Assembly (NCBI GenBank): GCA_946624925.1
Contig: CAMOSO010000069.1
Coordinates: 14,170 to 78,169, forward strand
Direction: 5' to 3'
From: an uncultured Bacteroidales bacterium
GTDB lineage: Bacteria; Bacteroidota; Bacteroidia; Bacteroidales; UBA3824
Length of the DNA: 64,000 nucleotides
Position 1 is the first letter of the stretch, and each line of letters begins with the position of its first letter. The notes below the pieces were generated by a model. That model was not told the DNA's origin. It was given only the letters and a program-made list of their open reading frames with translations, and did not search any database. This document shows positions 17,336-26,113 of the stretch, piece after piece. The position numbers and the translations under genes are program-made.

Positions 17336-19570
17336 TTATTCTGTAATCCTTATTCCGATAAGCGAGAGGTCGTCGATTTGGATTGCGCCAAATAGCCAGT
17401 CGTTCATGATGTTGGTGATGTTTCGCTTTTGTGTTTCGCAAGGAAGCGCGTAGTTGCTCTTGAAAAAGTCGATAAGGCGTTTTGACATAAATTTGACGCC
17501 TGAAAATCCTATCTGGCTTGGTATTCCGTCCGACGACATATATACCATGTCGCCTTTTTGTGTCTCGAATATCTGTGTCTGGAATGTAGCCGATTCGTTG
17601 ATGTGCCTTCCCACGGGCATTCTGTCGCCACGGAGGCGTATGATTTCGCCGTTGTGCGCGATGTAGAGGTCTTGATACGCACCGGCAAAACGCAATTGAT
17701 GGTTGTATTTGTCGTATGCCATGATTGACATATCCATACCGTCGGCGGTGGAAAATGATTCTTCGCCCCTTGCTATCGCTTCAGCTACTTCTTCGTCGTT
17801 GGCAAGTGCCTGCTTTACGTATTCGCGCATCATGTCGAGTATGATGCCGGGCATTATGTCTATTTCAGGGTTGCGGAGGAGTTCCTTTATTATTGATATG
17901 CCGAGCATACTGAGAAAACCGCCCGGCACGCCGTGTCCCGTGCAGTCGCCGAGTACAAAGATGTCGAGTCCGGCGTTTTGTGTTGCGTAATAGAAGTCGC
18001 CGCTTACGATGTCTTTGGGTTCGTAATATACAAAATGGTCGGGGAATATGCGCCTGATGTGGTCTTCGCTCGGCAGCGCGGCATTCTGTATGTGCTGCGC
18101 GTACCTGATGCTCTGAAACATTATCAAGTTGGCTCTTTCTGATGCTCGTCGTTGGTCTTCGATGGTATTGCGCTGAGCTATGATTTCTTCCTGCTGACGG
18201 CTCAACTGTTGGTTTTTGTCGTTGAGTATCTTTACGTTGGAACGTTTTTGCAGCAGTGCTCTGAATGTTATCACCAGCAATATCGCGCCTATTATCAACA
18301 CTATTATAATAAGTGTGGTGATGCGCTGCTGCTGCGCCATCTTTTGTGATGTCTTTTCTTTTTCGTTGTTTTGTTTGGTTTCCAGCTCGTGGATTCTCAC
18401 GTTGGCATCGAAGTTGGCGTTTTCCCTCATATTGAGGGTATTGAGGTATGTGATGTAACACTTAATGTATTCGCAGAGGTAGATGTATGCCTTCTCGAAG
18501 TCCCTTTTGGCTTCGTAGCATTGCGATGTTACTTTGTATAGCTCTATCTTGGTGACGAGGCTCACCGAATCGATGTAACGCTGTTGTAGCATGTCGGTGA
18601 TGTTGATTCCTATGTCGCTGTTTTTCTCAAAATATGACGTCTGCGCCTTTTGCAGGAGTATCGTTACTATCTTGTCAACGTCCTTGACGGCGTATTGGTA
18701 TTTCAGTGCTTGGTCGCAATATTTGTATGCGCTGTCGATGCGCCAGTGTTGTCCGTCGAGGGTGTACAACTGTCCGTACAGGATAGCTTTTATGTGGTAG
18801 TAATTGAATTTCAATATGCCTCGGTCGAGATTGTTTTTGGTTTTGGCGGCTATCATGCCGATGGTGTCTGCCATCATGTCGAGCTGCTGAAGTTCGGAGA
18901 TAGAAATGCTTCTTTTGGTCTCGTTGAATTGCATTAATATTAAGGTGTAGAGGTCGCTTGCGAGGGATGTGGAGTCGTTGATTGACTTGTCTATCTTGAT
19001 AGCCTCCATTATCTTTTCCTTGGCGAGGTCGTATTGCCTCATTATGATGTCGTGAGATGCGAGGTCGCGTTGAATGAGCGCGGTGTTTTTTTGGTCGCCA
19101 ATTTTTTCAAAAAGCACCAATGCCTGTTGGTAGTATTTGAGCGACTTGGCGAATTGGTTGAGCGAATTGTAGTCGCAGGCTATATTATAAAGTGTTTTGG
19201 CTACCCTGAAAGTGTCTGTGGTATTGCTAAGAAGATCGTATTCCCTCATATATATCGCCAATGACGAATCCCTGTTGCCGAGGTTGCTGTAAGCCCATCC
19301 GAGGGTGCTGTATGCGTCGGCGAGTTTGGCGGTGTCGTTGAGTTTGCGGGCGATTTCAAGTCCTATCAGTGAGTATTTCATCACTGTATCGGCAAATATA
19401 GACTCCTGCGCCGCCAGATGGCATACCCGTAGGGAATCGCTGGCGGTAGTAGCGGCGGCAAGACTATCCGCCCACAGACCATCGTCGGAGGGATTTTCAT
19501 TGCCTTTTTGCCCCGAATCTATCGTCAGTAATGATGTTAATATACTTATAATCAGTAGTTTAACCATCAA
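17336..19570 (-). CDS. Membrane-bound PP2C/SpoIIE-family protein phosphatase with an extracytoplasmic TPR sensor region (SiaA/RsbU-like)
   Basis: 744 aa: signal, ~390-aa TPR-like region, TM ITTLIIIVLIIGAILLVITF, coiled coil. The SpoIIE domain shows SGDFYYA, LGDCTGHGVPGGFLSM, YMSSDG, DDLSLIGIRI. Confidence 0.8.
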   Translation of the reverse strand: MMVKLLIISILTSLLTIDSGQKGNENPSDDGLWADSLAAATTASDSLRVCHLAAQESIFADTVMKYSLIGLEIARKLNDTAKLADAYSTLGWAYSNLGNRDSSLAIYMREYDLLSNTTDTFRVAKTLYNIACDYNSLNQFAKSLKYYQQALVLFEKIGDQKNTALIQRDLASHDIIMRQYDLAKEKIMEAIKIDKSINDSTSLASDLYTLILMQFNETKRSISISELQQLDMMADTIGMIAAKTKNNLDRGILKFNYYHIKAILYGQLYTLDGQHWRIDSAYKYCDQALKYQYAVKDVDKIVTILLQKAQTSYFEKNSDIGINITDMLQQRYIDSVSLVTKIELYKVTSQCYEAKRDFEKAYIYLCEYIKCYITYLNTLNMRENANFDANVRIHELETKQNNEKEKTSQKMAQQQRITTLIIIVLIIGAILLVITFRALLQKRSNVKILNDKNQQLSRQQEEIIAQRNTIEDQRRASERANLIMFQSIRYAQHIQNAALPSEDHIRRIFPDHFVYYEPKDIVSGDFYYATQNAGLDIFVLGDCTGHGVPGGFLSMLGISIIKELLRNPEIDIMPGIILDMMREYVKQALANDEEVAEAIARGEESFSTADGMDMSIMAYDKYNHQLRFAGAYQDLYIAHNGEIIRLRGDRMPVGRHINESATFQTQIFETQKGDMVYMSSDGIPSQIGFSGVKFMSKRLIDFFKSNYALPCETQKRNITNIMNDWLFGAIQIDDLSLIGIRITE

Positions 19571-19593
19571 TTAGCTCTTACTTATTTGATGTT

Positions 19594-19601
19594 CAAAAGT
19601 A
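19594..19601 (-). promoter_or_regulatory. Candidate -7 promoter box TAnnTTTG (TACTTTTG on the minus strand)
   Basis: Plus strand reads caaaagta. It is 24 nt upstream of the ATG at 19570. Confidence 0.35.
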
Positions 19602-19655
19602 TATATTTTTTTTATAATTTGCAACAATGATTGTGTTATTTTGAGATTTTTTTGT

Positions 19656-19663
19656 TAGTTTTG
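19656..19663 (+). promoter_or_regulatory. Candidate -7 promoter box TAnnTTTG (TAGTTTTG)
   Basis: 29 nt upstream of the uvrB ATG at 19692. Confidence 0.35.
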
Positions 19664-19691
19664 CACAATCAATGAAAAAAATTAGGAGATT

Positions 19692-21707
19692 ATGGATTTT
19701 AAGATAAAGTCGGAGTTCAAGCCCACGGGCGATCAGCCGGAGGCTATTCGTCAGCTCACCGAGGGCGTTGAGCGCGGCGATAAGTATCAGATACTCAAAG
19801 GTGTAACGGGTTCGGGTAAGACATTCACCATCGCCAACGTCATCAAAAATGTTGGGCGTCCCGTGCTTGTGCTCAGCCACAATAAGACCTTGGCGGCGCA
19901 GTTGTACGGCGAGTTTAAGGCTTTTTTCCCGGACAACGCCGTGGAGTATTTTGTCTCTTATTATGATTATTACCAGCCGGAGGCGTTCATACCCTCCACC
20001 AACACTTATATAGAAAAGGATCTCTCCATCAACGACGACATAGAGAAGCTCCGTATGTCGGCGGCTACGGCGTTGCTCTCCGGACGCAGGGACATCATTG
20101 TGGTATCGAGTGTGAGTTGCTTGTACGGCATCGGCAACCCAGAGGATTTCCACGCCAACATCATCCACTTCAGCCGAGGCGAAAATATCGGGCGCAATAA
20201 GTTGCTCCATAATCTCTCGGAGAGTCTTTACAGCCGCAACGAGATAGATTTTAAGCGCGGCACTTTCCGCGTCAAGGGCGACACGGTGGATATTTTTGTG
20301 GCTTACGACGACTATGCCTACCGCATCCGTTTTTGGGACGACGAGGTGGACGAAATCATCAAATTTGACCCCACTAACAATGTTACCCTCGAAACGCCCG
20401 ACACCTGCGTTATCTATCCTGCCAAAAATTTCATCACCTCGCACGACCGACTTATGGCGGCGATGCAGCAGATACGCATCGACTTGGGGTTGCAGATACA
20501 ATTTTTCCAGGACGAGGGCAAGCCGCTCGAAGCCAAGCGCATCGAAGACCGCGTAAACAACGACCTCGAAATGTTGCAGGAACTCGGTCATTGTCAGGGC
20601 GTTGAAAATTATTCAAGATATTTTGATGGTCGCCAGCCGGGCAGCCGTCCGTTCTGTTTGTTGGATTATTTTCCCGACGATTTTTTGATGGTGATAGACG
20701 AGAGCCACGTTACCCTCGGGCAGATTCACGCGATGTATGGCGGCGACCGCAGCCGCAAGGTCAACCTCGTGGAATATGGATTTCGCCTGCCAGCCGCCTT
20801 GGACAATAGACCGCTGAAATTCACCGAGTTTGAGGATTTGTGCGGACAGGTGATTTGTATGAGCGCGACCCCTGCCGATTACGAACTCGAAAAGAGCGGC
20901 GGTGTTGTAGTTGAGCAGATGATACGCCCCACGGGACTTCTCGATCCGCCCATCGACGTGCGCCCCACGCTCAATCAAATCGACGACCTTATGAACGAAA
21001 TTCAGGAGGTTGTAAAGCGCGACGAGCGTGTGATGGTTACAACCCTCACCAAGCGTATGGCGGAGGAACTCACAAAATACCTTCTCCGCATGGACATTCG
21101 CGCCAAATACATCCACAGCGACGTTGACACTTTGGAACGCATCGAGATAATGGACGGACTTCGCGCCGGTACTTTTGATGTTTTGGTTGGCGTCAACCTT
21201 TTGCGTGAAGGTCTCGACGTGCCGGAGGTGTCGCTTGTTGCCATTTTGGACGCCGACAAGGAAGGTTTTCTGAGGTCGGCGCGGTCGCTCACGCAGACCG
21301 CAGGACGTGCCGCCCGCAATATCAACGGCCGTGTAATTATGTATGCCGACGTAATGACCGACTCTATGCGCACCACCATCGACGAAACCAACCGTCATCG
21401 CAGTATCCAGATGCAGTACAACGACGAGCATCACATCACGCCAAAGCAAATCCGCAAGACCTCGCCCGGCATCCTGATACAGCGTGGCGATACCGAAAAT
21501 GTCTTCAAGGACAACCCCGCCGCATCAGCTATGCCAAAGGCCGCCGAGACGGAGACCAAATTCCTCTCCAAGCGCGACCTCGAACGTATGGTACGCGAGA
21601 CCCGTCAGGAGATGGAACGCGCCGCCAAAAAACTCGACTTCGTTACGGCTGCAAGCCTGAGGGACAAGATGTTTGAGTACCAGAAGGCGTTGGAGGAGAG
21701 AGGATGA
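19692..21707 (+). CDS. uvrB: Excinuclease ABC subunit B
   Basis: 671 aa. FKPTGDQPEAI, Walker A GVTGSGKTFT, YYDYYQPEAF, helicase motifs, and a C-terminal UVR domain (FVTAASLRDKMFEYQKAL). Confidence 0.95.
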   Translation: MDFKIKSEFKPTGDQPEAIRQLTEGVERGDKYQILKGVTGSGKTFTIANVIKNVGRPVLVLSHNKTLAAQLYGEFKAFFPDNAVEYFVSYYDYYQPEAFIPSTNTYIEKDLSINDDIEKLRMSAATALLSGRRDIIVVSSVSCLYGIGNPEDFHANIIHFSRGENIGRNKLLHNLSESLYSRNEIDFKRGTFRVKGDTVDIFVAYDDYAYRIRFWDDEVDEIIKFDPTNNVTLETPDTCVIYPAKNFITSHDRLMAAMQQIRIDLGLQIQFFQDEGKPLEAKRIEDRVNNDLEMLQELGHCQGVENYSRYFDGRQPGSRPFCLLDYFPDDFLMVIDESHVTLGQIHAMYGGDRSRKVNLVEYGFRLPAALDNRPLKFTEFEDLCGQVICMSATPADYELEKSGGVVVEQMIRPTGLLDPPIDVRPTLNQIDDLMNEIQEVVKRDERVMVTTLTKRMAEELTKYLLRMDIRAKYIHSDVDTLERIEIMDGLRAGTFDVLVGVNLLREGLDVPEVSLVAILDADKEGFLRSARSLTQTAGRAARNINGRVIMYADVMTDSMRTTIDETNRHRSIQMQYNDEHHITPKQIRKTSPGILIQRGDTENVFKDNPAASAMPKAAETETKFLSKRDLERMVRETRQEMERAAKKLDFVTAASLRDKMFEYQKALEERG

Positions 21708-21772
21708 AAAATTTGCGGATTCGTTTGGATTAGTGAAATTTTTTTATTTACTTTGTGGCATAATATTAGGAA

Positions 21773-22747
21773 ATGGAAAAAGATGAAATACTATATATAA
21801 GTCCGATTACAGACTTCGGTTTCAAGAAGTGTTTTAGCGACGAGATTGTGATGAAAGGCTTTTTGACGGCGTTGTTTGAGTCGGCGGGAGTTAAGATGAA
21901 TATTGTAAGTCTCACGTATCTCAACAATGAGTCGGATGGCGAACAAAGCAATGGTCGTCGTGTGATTTACGATTTGAAGTGCAAACTTGACACGGGCGAG
22001 GAGTTCATAATAGAGATGCAAAATGAGAAGCAGAGGTTTCTCGACAAGCGCATCACCTATTATGTGGCGCGTGGCATCGCCAATCAGGGTGATATTGTCA
22101 AACAAAAGGGGGGCACTGTAACCAAAAGAGAGAAGAAAAAGTGGGATTACGACATTAAGAAAGTTGTCGGCGTTTTTCTTCTCAACTTTACGATTCCCGG
22201 CGAGGAGCGTTGGAAGGTGTCTCGAAATTGTTTCGTGAATATGAACCGCAAAGGAAAAAAAATCAGCAATGATTTCCTTGAGTATTGGAAGATACAGCTT
22301 CCGTATTACAGGAGCGGCAAGATGAAGCCCGAAGACTGCAAGACTTTTTTAGACTATTGGTTGTACAACATAGCAAACATCGATAAAATGAGAACTACAA
22401 TGCCATTCATAGACAAAAGTGAAGCCATGGCGAGGTTTGATGACCTTGCAAGGTTTCATCGTCTCTCCAAACCTGAGCAGGACAGGTACATGAAGGAGTT
22501 TGACGACGATGTCGTCTTAAATGATGTTTTCGTTATCAAGTATCAGGAAGGAGAAAAGTCCGGAATAAAAAAAGGTTTGCGCAAAGGACGCGCCGAGGGA
22601 CGCGCCGAGGGACGCGCCGAGGGACGCGCCGAGGGACGCGCTGAAGCATTGGTAACCATCGCCCGCAGGATGAAACAAAAAGGTGATTCTGTGGCGACAA
22701 TCGCCGAAATCACCGGACTGTCTGAGGAGGAGATTGAGAAACTATGA
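21773..22747 (+). CDS. Rpn-family recombination-promoting nuclease / PD-(D/E)XK 'putative transposase'
   Basis: 324 aa. Typical N-terminus ISPITDFGFKKCFSDE, VIYDLKC...EEFIIEMQNEKQ core, and a C-terminal (GRAE)5 repeat plus helical tail. No flanking inverted repeats were seen. Confidence 0.75.
   Translation: MEKDEILYISPITDFGFKKCFSDEIVMKGFLTALFESAGVKMNIVSLTYLNNESDGEQSNGRRVIYDLKCKLDTGEEFIIEMQNEKQRFLDKRITYYVARGIANQGDIVKQKGGTVTKREKKKWDYDIKKVVGVFLLNFTIPGEERWKVSRNCFVNMNRKGKKISNDFLEYWKIQLPYYRSGKMKPEDCKTFLDYWLYNIANIDKMRTTMPFIDKSEAMARFDDLARFHRLSKPEQDRYMKEFDDDVVLNDVFVIKYQEGEKSGIKKGLRKGRAEGRAEGRAEGRAEGRAEALVTIARRMKQKGDSVATIAEITGLSEEEIEKL
22586..22645 (+). repeat. In-frame 12-nt tandem repeat (ggacgcgccgag x4 plus one variant) encoding (GRAE)5
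   Basis: Direct reading of 22586-22645, inside the Rpn-family CDS. Confidence 0.9.
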
Positions 22748-22821
22748 CTAACTAACCTCAAAAAAAACACTGAAAAATGGCACAAATCATAAAGGTAAAA
22801 AATACTTTGCAAAATGTAAAT

Positions 22822-22830
22822 GGGGGGGGG
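22822..22830. repeat. Poly-G homopolymer (G9)
   Basis: The sequence tggggggggg t at 22821-22831, in the spacer between the Rpn gene and the 1039-aa lipoprotein gene. Confidence 0.9.
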
Positions 22831-22874
22831 TAGAACGTATTTTCTACTTTACACCTCGTAATTGATATATTGCA

Positions 22875-22930
22875 AAATTCCCTTGTAGAGCGACGGACAG
22901 TCCGACGCTCTGCAAGGGAATTTTTGTTTT
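22875..22930 (+). terminator. Strong intrinsic terminator downstream of the Rpn gene
   Basis: 18-bp stem AAATTCCCTTGTAGAGCG / CGCTCTGCAAGGGAATTT (one G-U pair), 13-nt loop, followed by tttttgtttt. Confidence 0.75.
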
Positions 22931-22970
22931 GACAATCGACTGAATATAAACAACATAAACGCAAAACGAT

Positions 22971-25900
22971 ATGAAACAATACCTAAAATTTTTGATGCTC
23001 CTCGTGCTAAGCCTTGCGCTGATAGCGGGCATCAATTCTTGCGGCAAAGAATCCTCTGGCGGCATCGAGCCAACGCCAGTGAACCCGACGCCAAACAATG
23101 GCGGCGGTGGCGGCAAGCCAGACCCGGAAAAGCCGGACGACAAGCCGATAGGCGATGGCAAGGTGAAGGTGTTTGAGCAGGTGGTCGCCGTACAAGAATC
23201 GGAAATCACCAGTGTGAAATCCGACACCGCCGCGCATCACTACACAATCACATACAATAATGCCGCGCCCGAAATCAAGCCGGGAAATGTGGTGGTGGTG
23301 CAGGATGGGGATGATGTGCGTATTATCTTGGTAACGGAAGCCAAGGTGAACGGTAGCACTGCGGAACTTGAAGGACCGTTGGGCGATATATCTTATGTGT
23401 TCAAAGATGCAGAGTTCATCCTTACAAATAGTCCAGATAATGTAGAAAATGCTCAATGTCCAATTTATACTCCGTTTAGTGAGAAGTCTTATTACGATAT
23501 GCTCAATCAGGGCACAAGTAAGAGTAAGAAGGAGACAAAAGATGATTCAAAATTCAAGATTGACTCTTTGAAATTCACGCCATTGTATGGCTTGATTGGT
23601 GATGCGGACGAGAATACCACTTCCGTCGGGTTTATGTTCGGTTTTGAATTAGGCTGCAAAGTGCAGTATGGCGAGAATCTGACTATAAAGCCGAAGTTGA
23701 AAAACGAGAACGAATATTCGTTTATGTTCTATCACAAGCAATCGGGTGTCAAGGTCGAGAAAGTGGGTAACGTACAGTTTGACCGTGCTACCGAGATTGA
23801 AAACGGTTTTTCATTGGTAGGCAAAAATTCATTTGACTTGTCTTTGGAGATGAAAGTTGAAAAAGAGATAAAAGTCAATGGTGATAATTTTGAAATTTTG
23901 CCCTGCCTTTCCAAGGATATGTGGTTCCCGGTGGGAGGTTGGTTCCCTGTCAGGTTGATACTTGGCGCGGACGTTATGGCAGATTTGAGCGCGGAAGCCA
24001 AAGCGGGCGTAGGGGTCAAAGGCTCTGTAGGATTTGAATACACAGGGGAAATTGGCATAGCCAGGACGCCCGATGGCGAATGCGCCCCCATTCTGAAAAG
24101 TTCGCCCAAATTCAAAAAGCCAAAGTTTTCTGCGTCATTGCAGGGAAGCGCATCTCTAAAATTCGCGCCTATATACCCGATGTTTTATTGTATGCTCGTT
24201 GATGAAAGCGCGATAGGACTTGGCATAAAACTCAAGCCTCAGGTGAATTATGATGCCGGCGTTATTGTGGAAGAAACGTGGGAATGGGGCAAGGACAAGA
24301 GCTCTGAGATTACGGGGTATCATACGGAAATGTCTGGTGGCATCTACCTGGAACTCGGCACGTTGCGTCGTCCCACCAAGTTTGAACAATGGTGGAGCGA
24401 CAAGGATGATGGTTGGGAGTTCACCTCATATATAGACGGACGAAAGGAAAATGGGAATTGGTCATTCGAGTTCAAAAAAGATGGTGGAGGTCAAATTGAG
24501 CTTGCTAAGTGGACTTTGTTTGAATTCCCTTACGGATTGTCTGTGCCAAAAATATCCTCCAAAGATGCCACAATGAAGTTGGAACAGGATTACAACCTCG
24601 ACACCATCCAGACAAAGAATATCAAGGAAAACAATGTAGTCTATTTCCCCATAAAAAAAGATGTGCCGGTCAGCATCGACCTCAAGGTCATTGGCAACCT
24701 GTTCAACGGGCTAAGTTTTGACGCACTGCCCAGCTTCATCAATATATCCACAAAAAAACAAAACGACCTGTTGTTCAAAACAAGCACCACGTATGTATGG
24801 ATTCCCGAATCCGACGACGATTACTTTGAAGCGGCTTTGTATGATTTTGACAAAAAACTTATAGGCTATTGCAAAATAATGAACAGAGCCAATGAGTTGA
24901 TGCCGTCCGTTACTGCAATCGAGGATTCAAAGGTGGAGGTGAATATGTACCAAAACCGTGATTTGCATTATTGCATCAGTAGCAATTTAGAGTGGAATCA
25001 AGTGGATTTCGAGTCGGTTACTTTGAAAAAGGGAGATGTTATTTGGTTCAGAGGCAACAATCCTGATGGACTGGATGGTGTCAATATCAAAATCACTGGC
25101 AATGCAAAACTTAACGGCGATATTATGGGGCTGATTAATTCTACAGGTCTGTTAGACGAAATTACAGAAACATCAATTCCTAATTATTGTTTCAAGGGTT
25201 TATTCGAAGGCTCAACAGGCTTGACGGATGCAAGTGCATTGAAACTTCCAGCAGAAACGATGTCGATTGGATGTTACCACTCAATGTTCAAGGGTTGTAC
25301 GAAACTTGCAAAAGCTCCTAAACTGCCAGCACAAACAATGGCAACTGATTGTTATGCAAGTATGTTTGAGGGATGCAAGTCGTTAAAGTCTTTGGAAGTG
25401 TCTTTCGGCTATTGGGATAATATCAATGACCAAACCACATACGGCCATGGTACTAACATTGGTATTGGTGATGGCAACGTAGTAATGTCATTTACAAATA
25501 ATTGGCTTAAAGATGTAGCAAAGGAAGGCAATTTGAAGTGTCCTGCTATACTGCCTGAAAAGATTGGCGATAGTTTTGTGCCGAAAGGTTGGACGATGAA
25601 TGGCAAGGTCTTGTTTATCTACGTCTCCGTTGACCTGCCCGACATCCTCACTGTCATCACAGGCGAAGATTTGCACGTCACAGGCTCCGCCTCCGACCCA
25701 TGCACCGTAATCGTCGAAGTGGACGGCAGCACGCATCAGACAATAAAAGACGCCACTGCCTTCACCATCAACCTTCCGACTGACGTCATCGGCAACCACA
25801 GCGTTAAGGTTTATGTGTCAGGACATGACAAGGGTGCGCAGACCTTCTCCTACAAAGTAGAAAAGAAGCCCGACACCCCCCTCAACCCCTCTGCCCAACT

Positions 25901-26090
25901 CCCATCCGTCTCCGGCACTGAAATCGACCAGCAAAACAACGTCTCTGGTTCGACACCCAATGTCAGCGGTCAAAACGTTGACCAACAATACAATTCAGGC
26001 GGTAATGCGCCCGACATCAAGGGGCAAAACCTCAACCAAAACTACAACGGCGGCGGTAATGCGCCCGACATAAAAGGCACTAATTTGTAA
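22971..26090 (+). CDS. Large surface lipoprotein with BspA-type LRR / 26-residue surface repeats and a repetitive C-terminal tail
   Basis: 1039 aa. Lipobox LIAGINSCGKE and a Gly/Pro linker. Repeats read IPNYCFKGLFEGSTGLTDASALKLPAETMSIGCYHSMFKGCTKLAKAPKLPAQTMATDCYASMFEGCKSLKSL. The C-terminus is GGNAPDIKGQNLNQNYNGGGNAPDIKGTNL. Confidence 0.6.
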   Translation: MKQYLKFLMLLVLSLALIAGINSCGKESSGGIEPTPVNPTPNNGGGGGKPDPEKPDDKPIGDGKVKVFEQVVAVQESEITSVKSDTAAHHYTITYNNAAPEIKPGNVVVVQDGDDVRIILVTEAKVNGSTAELEGPLGDISYVFKDAEFILTNSPDNVENAQCPIYTPFSEKSYYDMLNQGTSKSKKETKDDSKFKIDSLKFTPLYGLIGDADENTTSVGFMFGFELGCKVQYGENLTIKPKLKNENEYSFMFYHKQSGVKVEKVGNVQFDRATEIENGFSLVGKNSFDLSLEMKVEKEIKVNGDNFEILPCLSKDMWFPVGGWFPVRLILGADVMADLSAEAKAGVGVKGSVGFEYTGEIGIARTPDGECAPILKSSPKFKKPKFSASLQGSASLKFAPIYPMFYCMLVDESAIGLGIKLKPQVNYDAGVIVEETWEWGKDKSSEITGYHTEMSGGIYLELGTLRRPTKFEQWWSDKDDGWEFTSYIDGRKENGNWSFEFKKDGGGQIELAKWTLFEFPYGLSVPKISSKDATMKLEQDYNLDTIQTKNIKENNVVYFPIKKDVPVSIDLKVIGNLFNGLSFDALPSFINISTKKQNDLLFKTSTTYVWIPESDDDYFEAALYDFDKKLIGYCKIMNRANELMPSVTAIEDSKVEVNMYQNRDLHYCISSNLEWNQVDFESVTLKKGDVIWFRGNNPDGLDGVNIKITGNAKLNGDIMGLINSTGLLDEITETSIPNYCFKGLFEGSTGLTDASALKLPAETMSIGCYHSMFKGCTKLAKAPKLPAQTMATDCYASMFEGCKSLKSLEVSFGYWDNINDQTTYGHGTNIGIGDGNVVMSFTNNWLKDVAKEGNLKCPAILPEKIGDSFVPKGWTMNGKVLFIYVSVDLPDILTVITGEDLHVTGSASDPCTVIVEVDGSTHQTIKDATAFTINLPTDVIGNHSVKVYVSGHDKGAQTFSYKVEKKPDTPLNPSAQLPSVSGTEIDQQNNVSGSTPNVSGQNVDQQYNSGGNAPDIKGQNLNQNYNGGGNAPDIKGTNL

Positions 26091-26113
26091 AACCATAAAA
26101 ACAGGATACAAAA

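Noticed and set aside
21773-22747. Calling the Rpn/PD-(D/E)XK 'transposase' a mobile element or IS.
   Set aside because: No terminal inverted repeats or target-site duplications were visible around 21708-22970. The gene is flanked by an ordinary promoter region and a strong terminator, and this family is usually a stand-alone chromosomal nuclease.
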